From positions 36,270,001-36,334,000 of the forward strand of contig NC_086124.1 of NCBI RefSeq assembly GCF_963921235.1: a DNA stretch of 64,000 nt, given 5' to 3'. This document shows, in pieces, positions 1 to 11,999 of the stretch. Every line of letters starts with the position of its first letter. The first letter of the stretch is position 1. The notes beneath the pieces were generated by a model. The model saw only the letters and a program-made list of their open reading frames with translations, was not told where the DNA came from and did no database searches. This stretch comes from Mobula hypostoma (lineage: Eukaryota). A program made the translations under genes and the position numbers.

Positions 1-270
1 TACCAAATGTTGAAAGGACTTGGTAGGGTGGATAGGATATGGAGAGGATGGTTCCTATGGAGGGGGTATCTAGAACTGGAGGGCACAGCCTCAAATTGAG
101 GGGTGACCTTTTAAAACAAAGGTAAGGAGGAATTTTTTTTAGCCAGAGAGTAGTGAATCTGTGGAATGCTCTGCCACAGACTGAACTTGAGGCCCAAGTC
201 CGTGGGTGTATTTAAAGCAGAAGGTGATTGTTCCCTGATTGGTCAGGGCATCAAAGGATATGGCAAGAAG
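1..270 (+). mobile_element. CR1-type LINE 3' fragment
   Basis: Same 'aggaattttttt agccagagagtagtgaatctgtggaat' segment as other CR1 3' ends (e.g. ~23810-23850). Confidence 0.75.
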
Positions 271-2550
271 GTAGAAAATGACATAGGTAGAAAAAGGGAA
301 GAGGTCCTGAAGAGGGAATTCAGGGAGTTTGGTAGGAAGCTGAAAGGCAGGACCTCTAGGGTAGTAATCTCAGGATTGCTGCCTGTGCCACATGCTAGCG
401 AGTGCAAGAATAGATCAGGCATAAGACTGGTGTAGGGGGGAGGGATTCAGATTCATAGAAACAGAAAACCTACAGCACAATACAGGCCCTTCAGCCCACT
501 TTACAACCTACACAAAAAGGACGGGTTACTAGCAGGCAGATTTAGTAGAGCTGTTAGGGAGGGTTTAAACTAATTTGGCAGGGGGGTGGGAACCAGAGTG
601 ATAGGCTTTAGGAAGGGGGAAACAGAAATAAATCAAAGGTAGCATGCCACAGAAATTATAGAAAGAACAGGCAGGAGATGAAGCTTAATCACAGCCAGTG
701 GCAGGAGTTACAGGGCAATAGAGACATGGTGCAGTTAAAACAGAAAGTAACAAATACTGGACTGAGAGTGCTGTACTTGAATGCACGAGGCATAAGGAAT
801 AAAATGGATGACCTTGAAATTCAGCTGCAGATTGGCAAGTATGACGTTGTGGCCATCTCTGAAACTTGGCTAAAGGATGGCTGCCATTGGGAGCTGAACG
901 TCCAAGGATATACAGTGTATCAGAAAGATAGGTTAGTATGCAGAGGGGGTGGTGTGGCCCTGTGAATAAGAAATAATATTAAATTATTAGAAAGAGATGG
1001 CATAGGATTGGAAGGTGTAGAGTCTCTATGGCTTGAGTTAAGAAATGGCAAGGGTAAAAGAACCCTAATGGCAATTGTACACAGGTCTCCAGACAGCAGC
1101 CGGGATGTGGATTACAAATTACAGCAGGAGATAGAAAAGGCATATCAGAAAGGCAATGTCATGATAATCGGGGATTTTAACATGAAAACCAAGTGGGAAG
1201 GTGCTCAGTGAGCTTAATGGTCTGAGGGTGGATAAATCTCCTGGTCCTGATGGAATGCACCCTCAGTTCTGAAGGAAGTAGCTGGAGAGATTGCGGAGGC
1301 ATTAATGATGATCTTTCAAGAATTGATAGATTCTGGCATTGTACCGGATGACTGGAAAATTGCAAATGTTACTCCGCTATTTAAGAACAGTGGGAGGCAG
1401 CAGAAAGGAAACTGTAGACCTGTTAGCCTGACATCAGTGGTTGGGAAGTTGTTGGAATCGATTGTTAGGGATGAGATTACAGAGTACCTGGAGGCACATG
1501 ACAAGATAGGCCAAAGCCAGCAAGGTTTCCTGAAAGGAAAATCCTGCCTGACAAACTTACTGCAATTCTTTGAGGAAACTACAAGCAGGGTAGATAAAGG
1601 AGATGCAGTAGATGTTGTGTACTTGGATTTTCAGAAGGCCTTTGACAAGGTGCCACACATGAGGCTGCTTAGAAAGATAAGAGCCCATGGAATTACAGGA
1701 AAGTTACTAGCATGGGTGGAGCATTGGCTGGTCGGCAGAAAACAGAGAGTGGGAATAAAGGGATCCTATTCTGGCTGACTGCCGGGTACCAGTGGAGTTC
1801 CACAGGGGTCGGTGTTGGGACCGTTGCTTTTTACGATGTTATGTCAATGATTTGGACTATGGGATTAATGGATTTGTGGCTAAATTTGCTGATGATACAA
1901 AGATAGGTGGAGGAGCGGGTAGTGTTGAGGAAACAGAGAGCCTGCGGAGAGACTTAGATAGTTTAGGGGAATGGGCAAAGAAGTGGCAAATGAAATACAA
2001 TGCTGGAAAGTGTGTGGTCATGCACTTTGGTGGAAGAAATAAATGGGCAGACTATTATTTAGATGGGAAGAGAATTCAAAATGCAGAGCAAAGGGACTTG
2101 GGAGTCCTCGTGCAGGATACCCAAAAGGTTAACCTCCAGGTTGAGTCAGTGGTGATGAAGGCGAATGCAATGTTAGCATTCATTTCCAGAGGTATAGAAT
2201 AGAAGAGCAGGGTTGTGATGTTGAGGCTCTATAAGGCACTCGTGAGACCACACTTGGAGTATTGTATGCAGTTTTGGGCTCCTTATTTTAGAAAGGATAT
2301 ACTGACATTGACATTGATTCAGAGAAGATTCACGAGAAAGATTCCAGGAATGAAAGGGTTACCGTATGAGAAAGGTCCGGCAGCTCTTAGGTTGTGTTCC
2401 CTGGAGTTCAGGAGATTGGGGGCGGGGGGGGGGGATCTCATAGAAACATTCTGAATGTTAAAGTGGGGATGACTGGAAGAATTGGATCAGCCCATGATAG
2501 AATGGCGGAGCCGACTCGATGGGCCAATGGCCTACTTCCACTCCTTTGTC
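271..2550 (+). mobile_element. Decayed near-complete CR1 LINE (ORF1 esterase-like remnant, APE endonuclease, RT) with internal deletion
   Basis: RVVISGLLPVP; LYLNARGIRNK..DVVAISETWL; IIGDFN; VYLDFQKAFDKVPH; FADDTK; LYKALVRPHLEYC; stops and frameshifts. Confidence 0.9.
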
Positions 2551-2599
2551 TTCTGGAAGAGGAGGGAGAGAGAGGAGGGACAGAGAGAAAGAGAGGTGT

Positions 2600-2921
2600 C
2601 TATGTGTCGGAAGGTGGATCTGAGCGGGAGGAGGGCGGGGGTAGGCGGTGGGTCGATCGGTGGCGAAATGACTGTCCTGGGATGGCGTGGCGGAGGTCCG
2701 TCGATCCGGACTCCCTCCTCGCCCCGCCCTCTTCCACTTCCACCTCCACCTCACCACCCACAAGTTCACAGGTCGGGGAGTGAGTGCCCGCACAGAAATG
2801 AAAGTGAAAGAGAAACGGGGGGAGAGAGAGAGAGAGAGAGAGAGAATGCGGGAGTGGGTGGTGAAGGTGCGGTGAAGATTGTGGGGTATCTCTCACTACA
2901 CATACGCCGAACCAGGTAGGA
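2600..2921 (+). promoter_or_regulatory. CpG-rich candidate promoter / non-coding first exon of the LOTUS gene
   Basis: Local CpG enrichment, GC box GAGGGCGGGG at 2631-2640, donor-like CAG|GTAGGA at 2915/2916. The acceptor at 4409 upstream of the ATG implies an upstream exon. Confidence 0.35.
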
Positions 2922-3124
2922 GACCGTGACCGTCGGGGGGGAGGGGGGCGGAGATGTCCCCCACTGTGGGTGCAGTTGAAACTCTCAGACCCACCGCACG
3001 CAAACAAACCCTTCACCCCAGGCCGTCCCTTCCGACGTGGGGATGGAGCGCAGTCAGGATGTGGCCATCTCTTGTGTTGGTGCAAGGTTCCCCACACCCC
3101 GCGTTTGCCCGCCTGACCAGACCT

Positions 3125-3478
3125 GCCCGAGTGCCTTTTAAATGTTGTTAATGTACTCCCCCCGGCCCCTCGTTGCATCGACGGGCCACCATCTGGGTGA
3201 AAAAGTTTCCCCTCAGATCACTTTTAAATCTCCCCTCCCTTCCCCGCACCTTAAACCTCTGGTTCTTCATTGCCCAGCCCTGGGGAAAAAGACTATCTAT
3301 GTCCCTTTGTAAGGTCTCCAAGGAATAAAGTCCCAACCTGCCCAACCTCTCTCCATAACTCAGTCCCTCCAGTCCCGGCAACATCTTCCGAAATCTCCTC
3401 CTAGCTCAACGGCATCTTTCCTACAGCAGGGCGACCAGGGCTGAACACAAGACGCCAAGTGCGGCCTCACCAACGTCG
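3125..3478 (-). mobile_element. CR1 3' fragment
   Basis: MLPGLEGLSYGERLGRLGLYSLE on the minus strand. Confidence 0.8.
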
Positions 3479-3639
3479 TGCGCGCCAAGACATCCCGAGG
3501 GGTTTGGAGGGCGATGTGTGCGGCGGAGGATGGGGACACCAGGATTCGGGAGCCACGCTCCCCGCTGTTCTGGTGCTGGGGGGGATGGGGGCACTCGGTT
3601 AGTCAGATGGGACTTCTGAGACTAACGTTCATTCTAACT

Positions 3640-4405
3640 CTTCTCTCCTCATCCTCCTCCCTCACCCCCTCCCCATCCTCCTCCCTCACCCCCTCCCCAT
3701 CCTCCTCCCTCACCCCCTCCCCATCCTCCTCCCTCACCCCCTCCCCATCCTCCTCCCTCACCCCCTCCCCATCCTCCTCCCTCACCCCCTCCCCATCCTC
3801 CTCCCTCACCCCCTCCCCATCCTCCTCCCTCACCCCCTCCCCATCCTCCTCCCTCACCCCCTCCCCATCCTCCTCCCTCACCCCTTCCCTCACCCTCTCC
3901 CTCACCCCCTCTCCCTCACCCCCTCTCCCTCACCCTCTCTCTCCCTCACCCTTTCTCCCCATCCTCCTCCCTCACCCCTTCCCTCACCCCCTCTCTTACC
4001 CCCTCTCCCTCACCCCCTCCCTTACCCCCTCTCCCTCACCCCCTCCCTTATCCCCTCTCCCTCACCCCCTCCCTTACCCACTCTCCCTCACCCCCTCTCC
4101 CTCACCCCCTCTCTTCTCATCCTCCCACTATCCTCACTCGCCCCCTCTCACTCGCCCCCTCTCACTCACCCCCTCTCCCTCGCCCCCTCTCCCTCAACCC
4201 CTCTCCCTCACCCCTCCCTCAACCCCTCACCCCCTCTCCCCCCTTCGCTCCCCATCCTTCTCCCTCACCCCCTCCCTCTCCCCCTCTCTCTACCCTCCCT
4301 CACCCCCCTCTCCCCCCTCTCCCCATCCTTCTTCCCTCTCCCTCACCCCTCCATCCCCCTCTCCCCCAACTCCTGCCCCCCTCACTCTCCCCTGTTGCCC
4401 CCCCC
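3640..4405 (+). repeat. Polypyrimidine tract starting with ~10 copies of a 24-bp unit (catcctcctccctcaccccctccc)
   Basis: Direct reading; explains ORF 3478..4548 (SLTPSPSS repeats). Confidence 0.9.
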
Positions 4406-4426
4406 TCAGGAAGAGCCCCTTGCCCC

Positions 4427-5150
4427 ATGATGGGCTCCCAGGAGCAGCTGAAGATCGACGTGCTACTACTGCTGTTTCAGCAGCCAGCCGGCCTGCCTAT
4501 CGCCAGCCTCCCATACCAGTTCCTGCTCTTCCATGGCCGCCAGCTTGACCTGCAGGCCCATGGCTACCCCTCACTCGATGCGTTGCTCACTGACATGTCC
4601 AGCATGGTGGAGTTGAGGAGCGTTGGCAGTGGTGGCGTGCCCTACAGCCTCAGGCTCCTGCTCCGTGTCCCAGGCCAGGTGGAGGAGCCCCACCGACCAC
4701 AGGCCCTGGCTCCGGCCTCCAAGCAACCCCAGCCTTGGCTTCTCAGTGTCCCAGTAATCCAGCGGTGGCCCCGCTTTCCCCACTATGTCCCTGTCCAGCC
4801 TCTCCGCTGGGCCCCGCCAACCAGGAGGGCAGGTTCAGCTGCAGCTGCAGCTCCAGTGAGGCCATTAATGAAGCAGAAGGAGGAAGCAGGAAAACCCAGC
4901 AGCACAGATCACAGCCCTGTGGTTCCGGGCAAGGAGGCAGCCCCCATGGCCAATGGGGAGAGGGAGATTCCAATGACCTACAGCGAGGTACTGAAGTCAG
5001 GAGGGCTAGCTGGAGGCAGGAGCCTGGTAGGGTGCAAGCCCAAGATCAGGCCAGGGCTTCAGGCCTACAAAGCAGGTGATCCAGCAGCCCAAAGCCAAGA
5101 CAGGAGTTCAGCCAGCAGGAGAGCAGAGGAGCAGAAGGTGTGCCCAAGAG
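4427..5150 (+). CDS. LOTUS gene coding exon 1: LOTUS-like domain 1 plus Pro/Ala/Gln/Ser-rich disordered linker
   Basis: Acceptor ctcAG at 4408-4409 after a ~770-nt pyrimidine tract; ATG at 4427; LKIDVLLLLFQQPAGLPIASLPYQFLLFHGRQLDLQAHGYPSLDALLTDMSSMVEL; donor AG|GTATGT at 5150/5151. Confidence 0.8.
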
Positions 5151-8100
5151 GTATGTGATGGGACGGTGTGGAGGGAGATTCACTCTGTGTCTGACCCCGG
5201 GAGTGTGTGATGGGACGGTGTGGAGGGAGCTTCACTCTGTGTCTGACCCCGGGAGTGTGTGATGGGACGGTGTGGAGGGAGCTTCACTCTGTGTCTGACC
5301 CCGGGAGTGTGTGATGGGACGGTGTGGAGGGAGCTTCACTCTGTGTCTGACCCCGGGAGTGTGTGATGGGACGGTGTGGAGCGAGCTACACTCTGTGTCT
5401 AACCCCGGGAGAGTGTGATGGGACAGTGTGGAGGGAGCTTCACTCTGTGTCGGACCCTGGAAGTGTGTGATGGGACGGTGTGGAGGGAGATTCACTCTGT
5501 GTCTGACCCCGGGAGTGTGTGATGGGACGGTGTGGAGGGAGCTTCACTCTGTGTCTGACCCCGGGAGTGTGTGATGGGACGGTGTGGAGGGAGCTTCACT
5601 GTGTGTCTGACCCCGGGACTGTGTGATGGGACGGTGTGGAGGGAGCTTCACTCTGTGTCTGACCCCGGGAGTGTGTGATGGGACGGTGTGGAGGGAGCTT
5701 CACTCTGTGTCTGACCCCGGGAGTGTGTGATGGGACGGTGTGGAGGGAGCTTCACTCTGTGTCTGACCCCGGGAGTGTGTGATGGGACGGTGTGGAGGGA
5801 GCTTCACTCTGTGTCTGACCCCGGGAGTGTGTGATGGGACGGTGTGGAGGGAGCTTCACTCTGTGTCTGACCCCGGGAGAGTGTGGTGGGACGGTGTGGA
5901 GGGAGATTCACTCTGTGTCTGACCCCGGAAGTGTGTGATGGGGCGGTGTGGAGGGAGCTTCACTCTGTGTCTGACCCCGGGAGCGTGTGATGGGACGGTG
6001 CGGAGGGAGCTTCACTCTGTGTCTGACCCCGGGAGTGTGTGATGGGACGGTGTGGAGGGAGCTTCACTCTGTGTCTGACCCCGGGAGTGTGTGATGGGAC
6101 GGTGTGGAGGGAGCTTCACTGTGTGTCTGACCCCGGGAGAGTGTGATGGGACAGTGTGGAGGGAGCTTCACTGTGTGTCTGACCCCGGGAGTGTGTGATG
6201 GGACGGTGTGGAGGGAGCTTCACTCTGTTTCTGACCCCGGGAGTGTGTGATGGGATGGTGTGGAGGGAGCTTCACTCTGTGTCTGACCCCCGAAGTGTGT
6301 GATGGGACGGTGTGGAGGGAGCTTCACTCTATTTCTGACCCCGGGAGTGTGTGATGGGACGGTGTGGAGGGAGCTTCACTCTGTGTCTGACCCCAGGAGT
6401 GTGTGATGGGACAGTGTGGAGGGAGCTTCACTGTGTGTCTGACCCCGGGAGTGTGTGATGGGATGTTGTGGAGGGAGAATCACTCTGTGTTTGACCCCGG
6501 GAGTGTGTGATGGGAAGGTGTGGAGGGAGAATCACTCTGTGTCTGACCCCGGGAGTGTGTGATGGGACCGTGTGAAGGGAGCTTCACTCTGTTTCTGACC
6601 CCGGGAGTGTGTGATGGGATGGTGTGGAGGGAGATTCACTCTGTGTCTGACTCCCGAAGTGTGTGATGGGACGGTGTGGAGGGAGCTTCACTCTGTGTCT
6701 GACCCTGGGAGTGTGTGATGGGACGGTGTGGAGGGAGATTCACTCTGTGTCTCACACCGGGAGTGTGTGATGGGACGGGGTGCAGGGAGCTTCACTCTCT
6801 GTCTGACCCCGGGAGTGTGTGATGGGATGGTGTGGAGGGAGATTCACTCTGTGTCTGACCTCGGGAGTGTGTGATGGGACCGTGTAGAGGGAGCTTCACT
6901 GTGTGTCTGACCCCGGGAGTGTGTGATGGGACGGTGTGGAGGGAGCTTCACTCTGTTTCTGACCCCGGGAGTGTGTGATGGGACGGTGTGGAGGGAGCTT
7001 CACTTTGTGTCTGACCCCAGGAGTGTGTGATCGGACGGTGTGGAGGGAGATTCACACTGTGTCTGACCCCGGGAGTGTGTGATGGGACAGTGTGGAGGGA
7101 GATTCACTCTGTGTCTGACCCCGGGAGTGTGTGATGGGACTGTGTGGAGGGAGTTTCACTCTGTGTCTGACCCCGGGAGTGCATGATGGGACGGTGTGGA
7201 GGGAGCTTCACTCTGTGTCTGACCCCGGGAGTGTGTGATGGGACTGTGTGGAGGGAGCTTCACTCTGTGTCTGACCCCGGGAGTGTGTGATGGGACAGTG
7301 TGGAGGGAGCTTCACTGTGTGTCTGACCCCAGGAGTGTGTGATGGGACAGTGTGGAGGGAGAATCACTCTGTGTCTGACCCCGGGAGTGTGTGATGGGAC
7401 AGTGTGGCGGGAGCTTCACTCTGTGTCTGACCCCAGGAGTGTGTGATGGGACAGTGTGGAGGGAGCTTCACTCTGTGTCTGACCCCGGGAGTGTGTGATC
7501 GGACAGTGTGGAGGGAGCTTCACTCTGTGTCTGACCCCACGAGTGTGTGATGGGACTGTGTGGAGGGAGCTTCACTCTGTGTCTGACCCCGGGAGTGTGT
7601 GATGGGACGGTGTGGAGGGAGCTTCACTGTGTGTCTGACCCCGGGAGTGCGTGATGGAACAGTGTGGAGGGAGCTTCACTCTGTGTCTGACCCCGGGAGT
7701 GTGTGATGGGAAGGTGTGGAGGGAGAATCACTCTGTGTCTGACGCCGGGAGTGTGTGATGGGACCGTGTGGAGGGAGCTTCACTCTGTGTCTGACCCCGG
7801 GAGTGCGTGATGGAACAGTGTGGAGGGAGCTTCACTCTGTGTCTGACCCCGGGAGTGTGTGATGGGACGGTGTGGAGGGAGCTTCACTCTGTGTCTGACC
7901 CCGGGAGTGTGTGATCGGACAGTGTGGAGGGAGCTTCACTCTGTGTCTGACCCCACGAGTGTGTGATGGGACTGTGTGGAGGGAGCTTCACTCTGTGTCT
8001 GACCCCGGGAGTGTGTGATGGGACGGTGTGGAGGGAGCTTCACTGTGTGTCTGACCCCGGGAGTGCGTGATGGAACAGTGTGGAGGGAGCTTCACTCTGT

Positions 8101-11100
8101 GTCTGACCCCGGGAGTGTGTGATGGGAAGGTGTGGAGGGAGAATCACTCTGTGTCTGACGCCGGGAGTGTGTGATGGGACCGTGTGGAGGGAGCTTCACT
8201 CTGTGTCTGACCCCGGGAGTGTGTGATGGGATGGTGTGGAGGGAGCTTCACTCTGTGTCTGACCCCGGGAGTGTGTGATGGGACAGTGTGGAGGGAGCTT
8301 CACTCTGTGTCTGACCCTGGGAGTGTGTGATGGGACCGTGTGGAGGGAGATTCACTCTGTGTCTCACACCGGGAGTGTGTGATGGGACGGTGTGGAGGGA
8401 GCTTCACTCTGATCTCCTTTCTCCTGCAGGTTTGTTACCGGATTGTCCTGTTAAGGAATGGCTGTTATCAGTGCTGAAGACTCGGGGATACCGTGACGGC
8501 CTCTATACCCGTAAGCTGGCCAGTCTCTGCCTCAAACAGCAGTGCATGGAGCTCTCGGCTTTCCTTTCTGAGAATCGCTACGGCTCGCTTGACGAGCTGC
8601 TCTCCTGTGTCCCAGAGGTGGAGATGGTGCCGGGTTGCGTTCATCACGGTGACTATGTAATCCGTCTGCGGGCCGGTACCAAATTGGATGGGGGAGCTGA
8701 CCCTGGTAGGGGGCCATCACTCACCAAGGATAGCCCCTCGGCCCATCTGCATCATGCTGAACCAGGTATCTTACCAAGCTGCTCCCTCTTGCCCTTGTTT
8801 GGACCGTATCCCTCAACAACTCACCCATGCACAGCTGCCCAAATACCTGCCTCGTTCACCTCATCATCAATTAATTTACAGACTAGATACACAGATGACA
8901 TGAAGGTTGGTGGAGTTGTGGACGGTGTAGAAGGTTGTCGTGGGTTACAACGGGACATTGACAGGATGCAGAGCTGGGCTGAGAAATGGCAGGTGGAGTT
9001 CAACCCGGAAAAGTGTGAAGTAATTCAATTTGGAAGGTCAAATTTGAAGGCAGGATTCTTGGATCCCAGTGTGGAGGGATATAGGGAACTTGGGATCCTT
9101 GTCCATAGATCCTGCAAAGTTGCTGCACAAGTTGGTCGGGTGGTTTTGAAGGCGTATGGTGTGTTGGCTTTTATTACTCAAGGGATTGAATTCAAGAACC
9201 GTGAGGTAACGTAGCTCTATAAAACCCTGGTTAGATCTCACTTGGAGTGTTGTGTTCAGTTCTGGTCTCCTCGTTTTAGGATGTGGAGGGTGCAGAGGAG
9301 ACTTACCAGGATGCTGCCTAGATTCGAGAGCATGTCTGATGAGGAAAGGTTTAGTGAGCTGGGGCTTTTCTCTCTGGGGTGAAGGAGGATGAGAGGTGAC
9401 GATAGAGGTGTACAAGCTCGAGGTAGAGATCGAGTGGACAGCCAGGACGGAAATGGCAAATATGAGGGGGCATAATTTCATGGTGATTGGAGTAACGAAT
9501 AGGGGGAGGAATATCGGAAGTAGGTGTTTTTTTGCGCAGAGTGGTGGGTGTGTGGGACACTCTGCCAGGGGTGGTGGTCGAGGCAGATACATTGGGGGGG
9601 TATTTAACAGACACTTAGGTAGGCACATGGATGATAGAAAAATGGAGGGCTATGGGGGAGGGAAGGAACCTTGGAATAGGTTCAGGGGCCAGCACAACAT
9701 GATGGGCTGAATAGCCTGTATTGTGCTGTGCTGTCCAAAAGGTTTCTCAAATTTATTTAAATTGCACTGAATTATACTTTAAACTATTCAAAAGAGTATT
9801 CACGAGATTTTGAGATCCAATTCAACGGTGCGAAGAAGTAAACATTATCCAAATGTTTACAAAAATTAATTAAGGTACATTAAAAAAATTAAATGATTCA
9901 GACACTAATAAATATATATTCCCACTCATGTATAGGACCTGTCAGAATGACTTTTAGACATTGTATTGTAGCTGCCTTTCTCCTGGGGAGAAAGACTGTG
10001 ATGTCCCCTACCTGCACCACTCGTGGTGTTACAGACATCCCTCAGGTCACCCTCAGCCCCCCTGTCGGGCAGAAGATACGAAAGCCTGAGAGCACGTCCC
10101 ACCAGGCTCGAGGACAGCTTCTACCCCGCTGTTATCAGACTATTGAACGGTCCCCCAGTACGAGGACAGCTTCTACCCCGCTGTTATCAGACTATTGAAC
10201 AATCCCCCAGTACGAGGACAGCTTCTACCCCGCTGTTATCAGACTATTGAACAATCCCCCAGTACGGGGACAGCTTCTACCCCGCTGTTATCAGACTATT
10301 GAACAATCCCCCAGTACGAGGACAGTTTCTACCCCGCTGTTATCAGACTATTGAACGATCCCCTAGTACGATAAGATGGACTCTTGACCTCACAATCTAC
10401 CTCGTCGTGACCCTTGCAGCTTATTGTCTGCCTGCACTGCCCTTTCTCTGTAACTGTAACACTTTATTCTGCACTCTGTTGTTGTTTTCCCTTGTTCTAC
10501 CTCAATGCACTGTGTAATGATCTGATCTGAATGAACTGTACATGACACAAGATTTTCACTCTCTCGGTACGTGTGATTCACCAGATCTCATTTCCTCTGC
10601 AGATTCCTCATTTCCACAGCCAGCTGCATCCCCAGAAGTCACTGAGAGCATCCCGGAGAGAGTGTCCCTGCTCCTGGCACGATACCCAGAGGGTCTCAGC
10701 ACCTTCCAGCTGCGTCAGGCATACCGAGAGACCTATCAGCGGGGCCTGGCTGTGGAAGGGCATCCCAGCCTCAGCACCCTGCTGGCAGCCATGGGCAGTA
10801 CTGTGTCTATCCGCGGTCTGGGGGTCCAGGCTCGCCTCTTCCCACGTGGAGCACCTGGATGCAGTATGCTTGCCGGTGAGTGAACGCATCACACCAGCCA
10901 ACCCCCCCACCCCCACCTGTCTCAACATACCACACTGGGAGAGTTGTTCACGGTTTCCCTCTTAACGGCCCACACTGTCAGGTTATTTCATGGTTCCCTT
11001 CTTAATATACCACACTGGGAGGGACGTTCAGGGTTTTCCAGTTGATATACCTTGGGAGGGATGTTCGGGGTTTCCATCTCAATAAACACACTGGGAGGGA

Positions 11101-11894
11101 CGTTCTGGGTTTTCCAGTTGATATACCTTGGGATTGATGTTTGGGGGTTCCTATCTTAATAACCACACCAGGAGGGGAGGGGCATTCTGTATTCCCATCT
11201 CAGTAACCACACTGGGGGTGCTGTTTAGGGTTTCTGTACTGCAATACCACACAGAGAGTAGTTTCCCCTGTGATATACCTCAGTAAGAGGCAACCCTCTC
11301 GAAATGTCTTGCTGAGAGTGGTTTCCCTCTCATTACGTTACACTGACAGCAGTGTTCAGGGTTCACTGGGCATTCTCTCAATCTACTGCAGTAAGAGGGC
11401 CGGTCAGTTTTGCCCTCCTCATAGAATGCACTGAGTGGTCTCCATTATGGTGAACCATACTTCTCAATATATCATTCTGGTATTGGTGTGCCACTCTGGG
11501 AGGTCCATTTGGGCTTCCCCCTATCAATTCACAACACTGAGAGTAGTGTGCATGGTTCTCCTCTCAATATCCAACACGCAGAGTTGTGTATAAGGTTCCC
11601 GTCTCAATGTACCACTCTGGGAGGATCATCTTTGATACATCACACGGAGCTTGGGCGTTATTCAGTGGGAGTGGGAGGGAGAGCAGACCCAACAGGCCAA
11701 GCACTCGGGTTCATCTCCGACACGAGCCTCACAGCTGCTGACCCTCTCTTTTGTTTCCCAAAGAGCCTGAGACCACTCCACGCCAGCGAGATGGTGATGG
11801 GAAGTCCATGGGGAACGGGCAATTGGCCGCAGAGCTGCCAGAGTGGACCGTCACCGAGACGGGATTCTATGCCTCGGTGGGCTTGTCCCCCTGA
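4427..11894 (+). CDS. Spliced gene for a triple LOTUS/OST-HTH-like domain protein, join(4427..5150,8430..8765,10603..10875,11764..11894), about 487 aa
   Basis: All three introns are GT-AG and phase 1, and the frame joins cleanly (R-G|GT-LLP, P-G|AT-SS, A-G|AG-PE). Three ~65-75 aa repeats fit the LOTUS pattern as I recall it from TDRD5/TDRD7 (helix 'v..LL...p.Gl....l...y....g..l.....Gy.sl..ll..m...v'). Domain identity is by eye, not by HMM. The last exon and the exon-2 donor are less certain. Confidence 0.75.
5152..8410 (+). repeat. 52-bp minisatellite, ~62 copies, filling the first coding intron of the LOTUS gene
   Basis: Unit gtgtgatgggacggtgtggagggagcttcactctgtgtctgaccccgggagt. Confidence 0.97.
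8430..8765 (+). CDS. LOTUS gene coding exon 2: LOTUS-like domain 2
   Basis: Acceptor ctcctttctcctgcAG at 8428-8429; in-frame VKEWLLSVLKTRGYRDGLYTRKLASLCLKQQCMELSAFLSENRYGSLDELLSCVPEVEMV; donor CAG|GTATCT at 8765/8766 (an alternative same-phase donor G|GTAGGG lies at 8705/8706). Confidence 0.72.
8885..9735 (+). mobile_element. 5'-truncated CR1 LINE
   Basis: DDMKVGGVVD...WQVEFNPEKCEV..., followed by a CR1 3' tail. Confidence 0.85.
10050..10570 (+). mobile_element. Rex1/L2-like LINE 3' end with five 52-bp tandem copies (10111-10370)
   Basis: SGRRYESLRARPTRLEDSFYPAVIRLLN; unit aggacagcttctaccccgctgttatcagactattgaacaatcccccagtacg. Confidence 0.7.
10603..10875 (+). CDS. LOTUS gene coding exon 3: LOTUS-like domain 3
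   Basis: Acceptor tttcctctgcAG at 10601-10602; IPERVSLLLARYPEGLSTFQLRQAYRETYQRGLAVEGHPSLSTLLAAMGSTVSIRG; strong donor CCG|GTGAGT at 10875/10876. Confidence 0.8.
11764..11894 (+). CDS. LOTUS gene probable last coding exon (EPETTPRQRDGDGKSMGNGQLAAELPEWTVTETGFYASVGLSP*)
   Basis: Branch-like CTGAC at ~11738, pyrimidine tract, aAG acceptor at 11762-11763, phase-1 compatible, TGA at 11892-11894. No clear nearby polyA signal. Confidence 0.5.
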
Positions 11895-11999
11895 CCATTG
11901 TGATCAGTCTTCCCCACTGCCAAGGGAGACAGACAACAGGAATATCCGGGTCATATAGAACAGAAGTTATGATGCACCAAGTGTTTTGAGTGACACTGT

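Noticed and set aside
3478-4548. 356-aa Ser/Pro-rich ORF
   Set aside because: Translation of a stop-poor pyrimidine repeat upstream of a splice acceptor.
5152-8410. CRISPR-like regular array
   Set aside because: Head-to-tail units without unique spacers, eukaryotic context, no cas genes.
8766-9214. Apparent LOTUS-reverse transcriptase fusion in ORF 8327..9214
   Set aside because: Read-through past a splice donor into an intronic CR1 fragment that happens to be in frame; no evidence of a real fusion.
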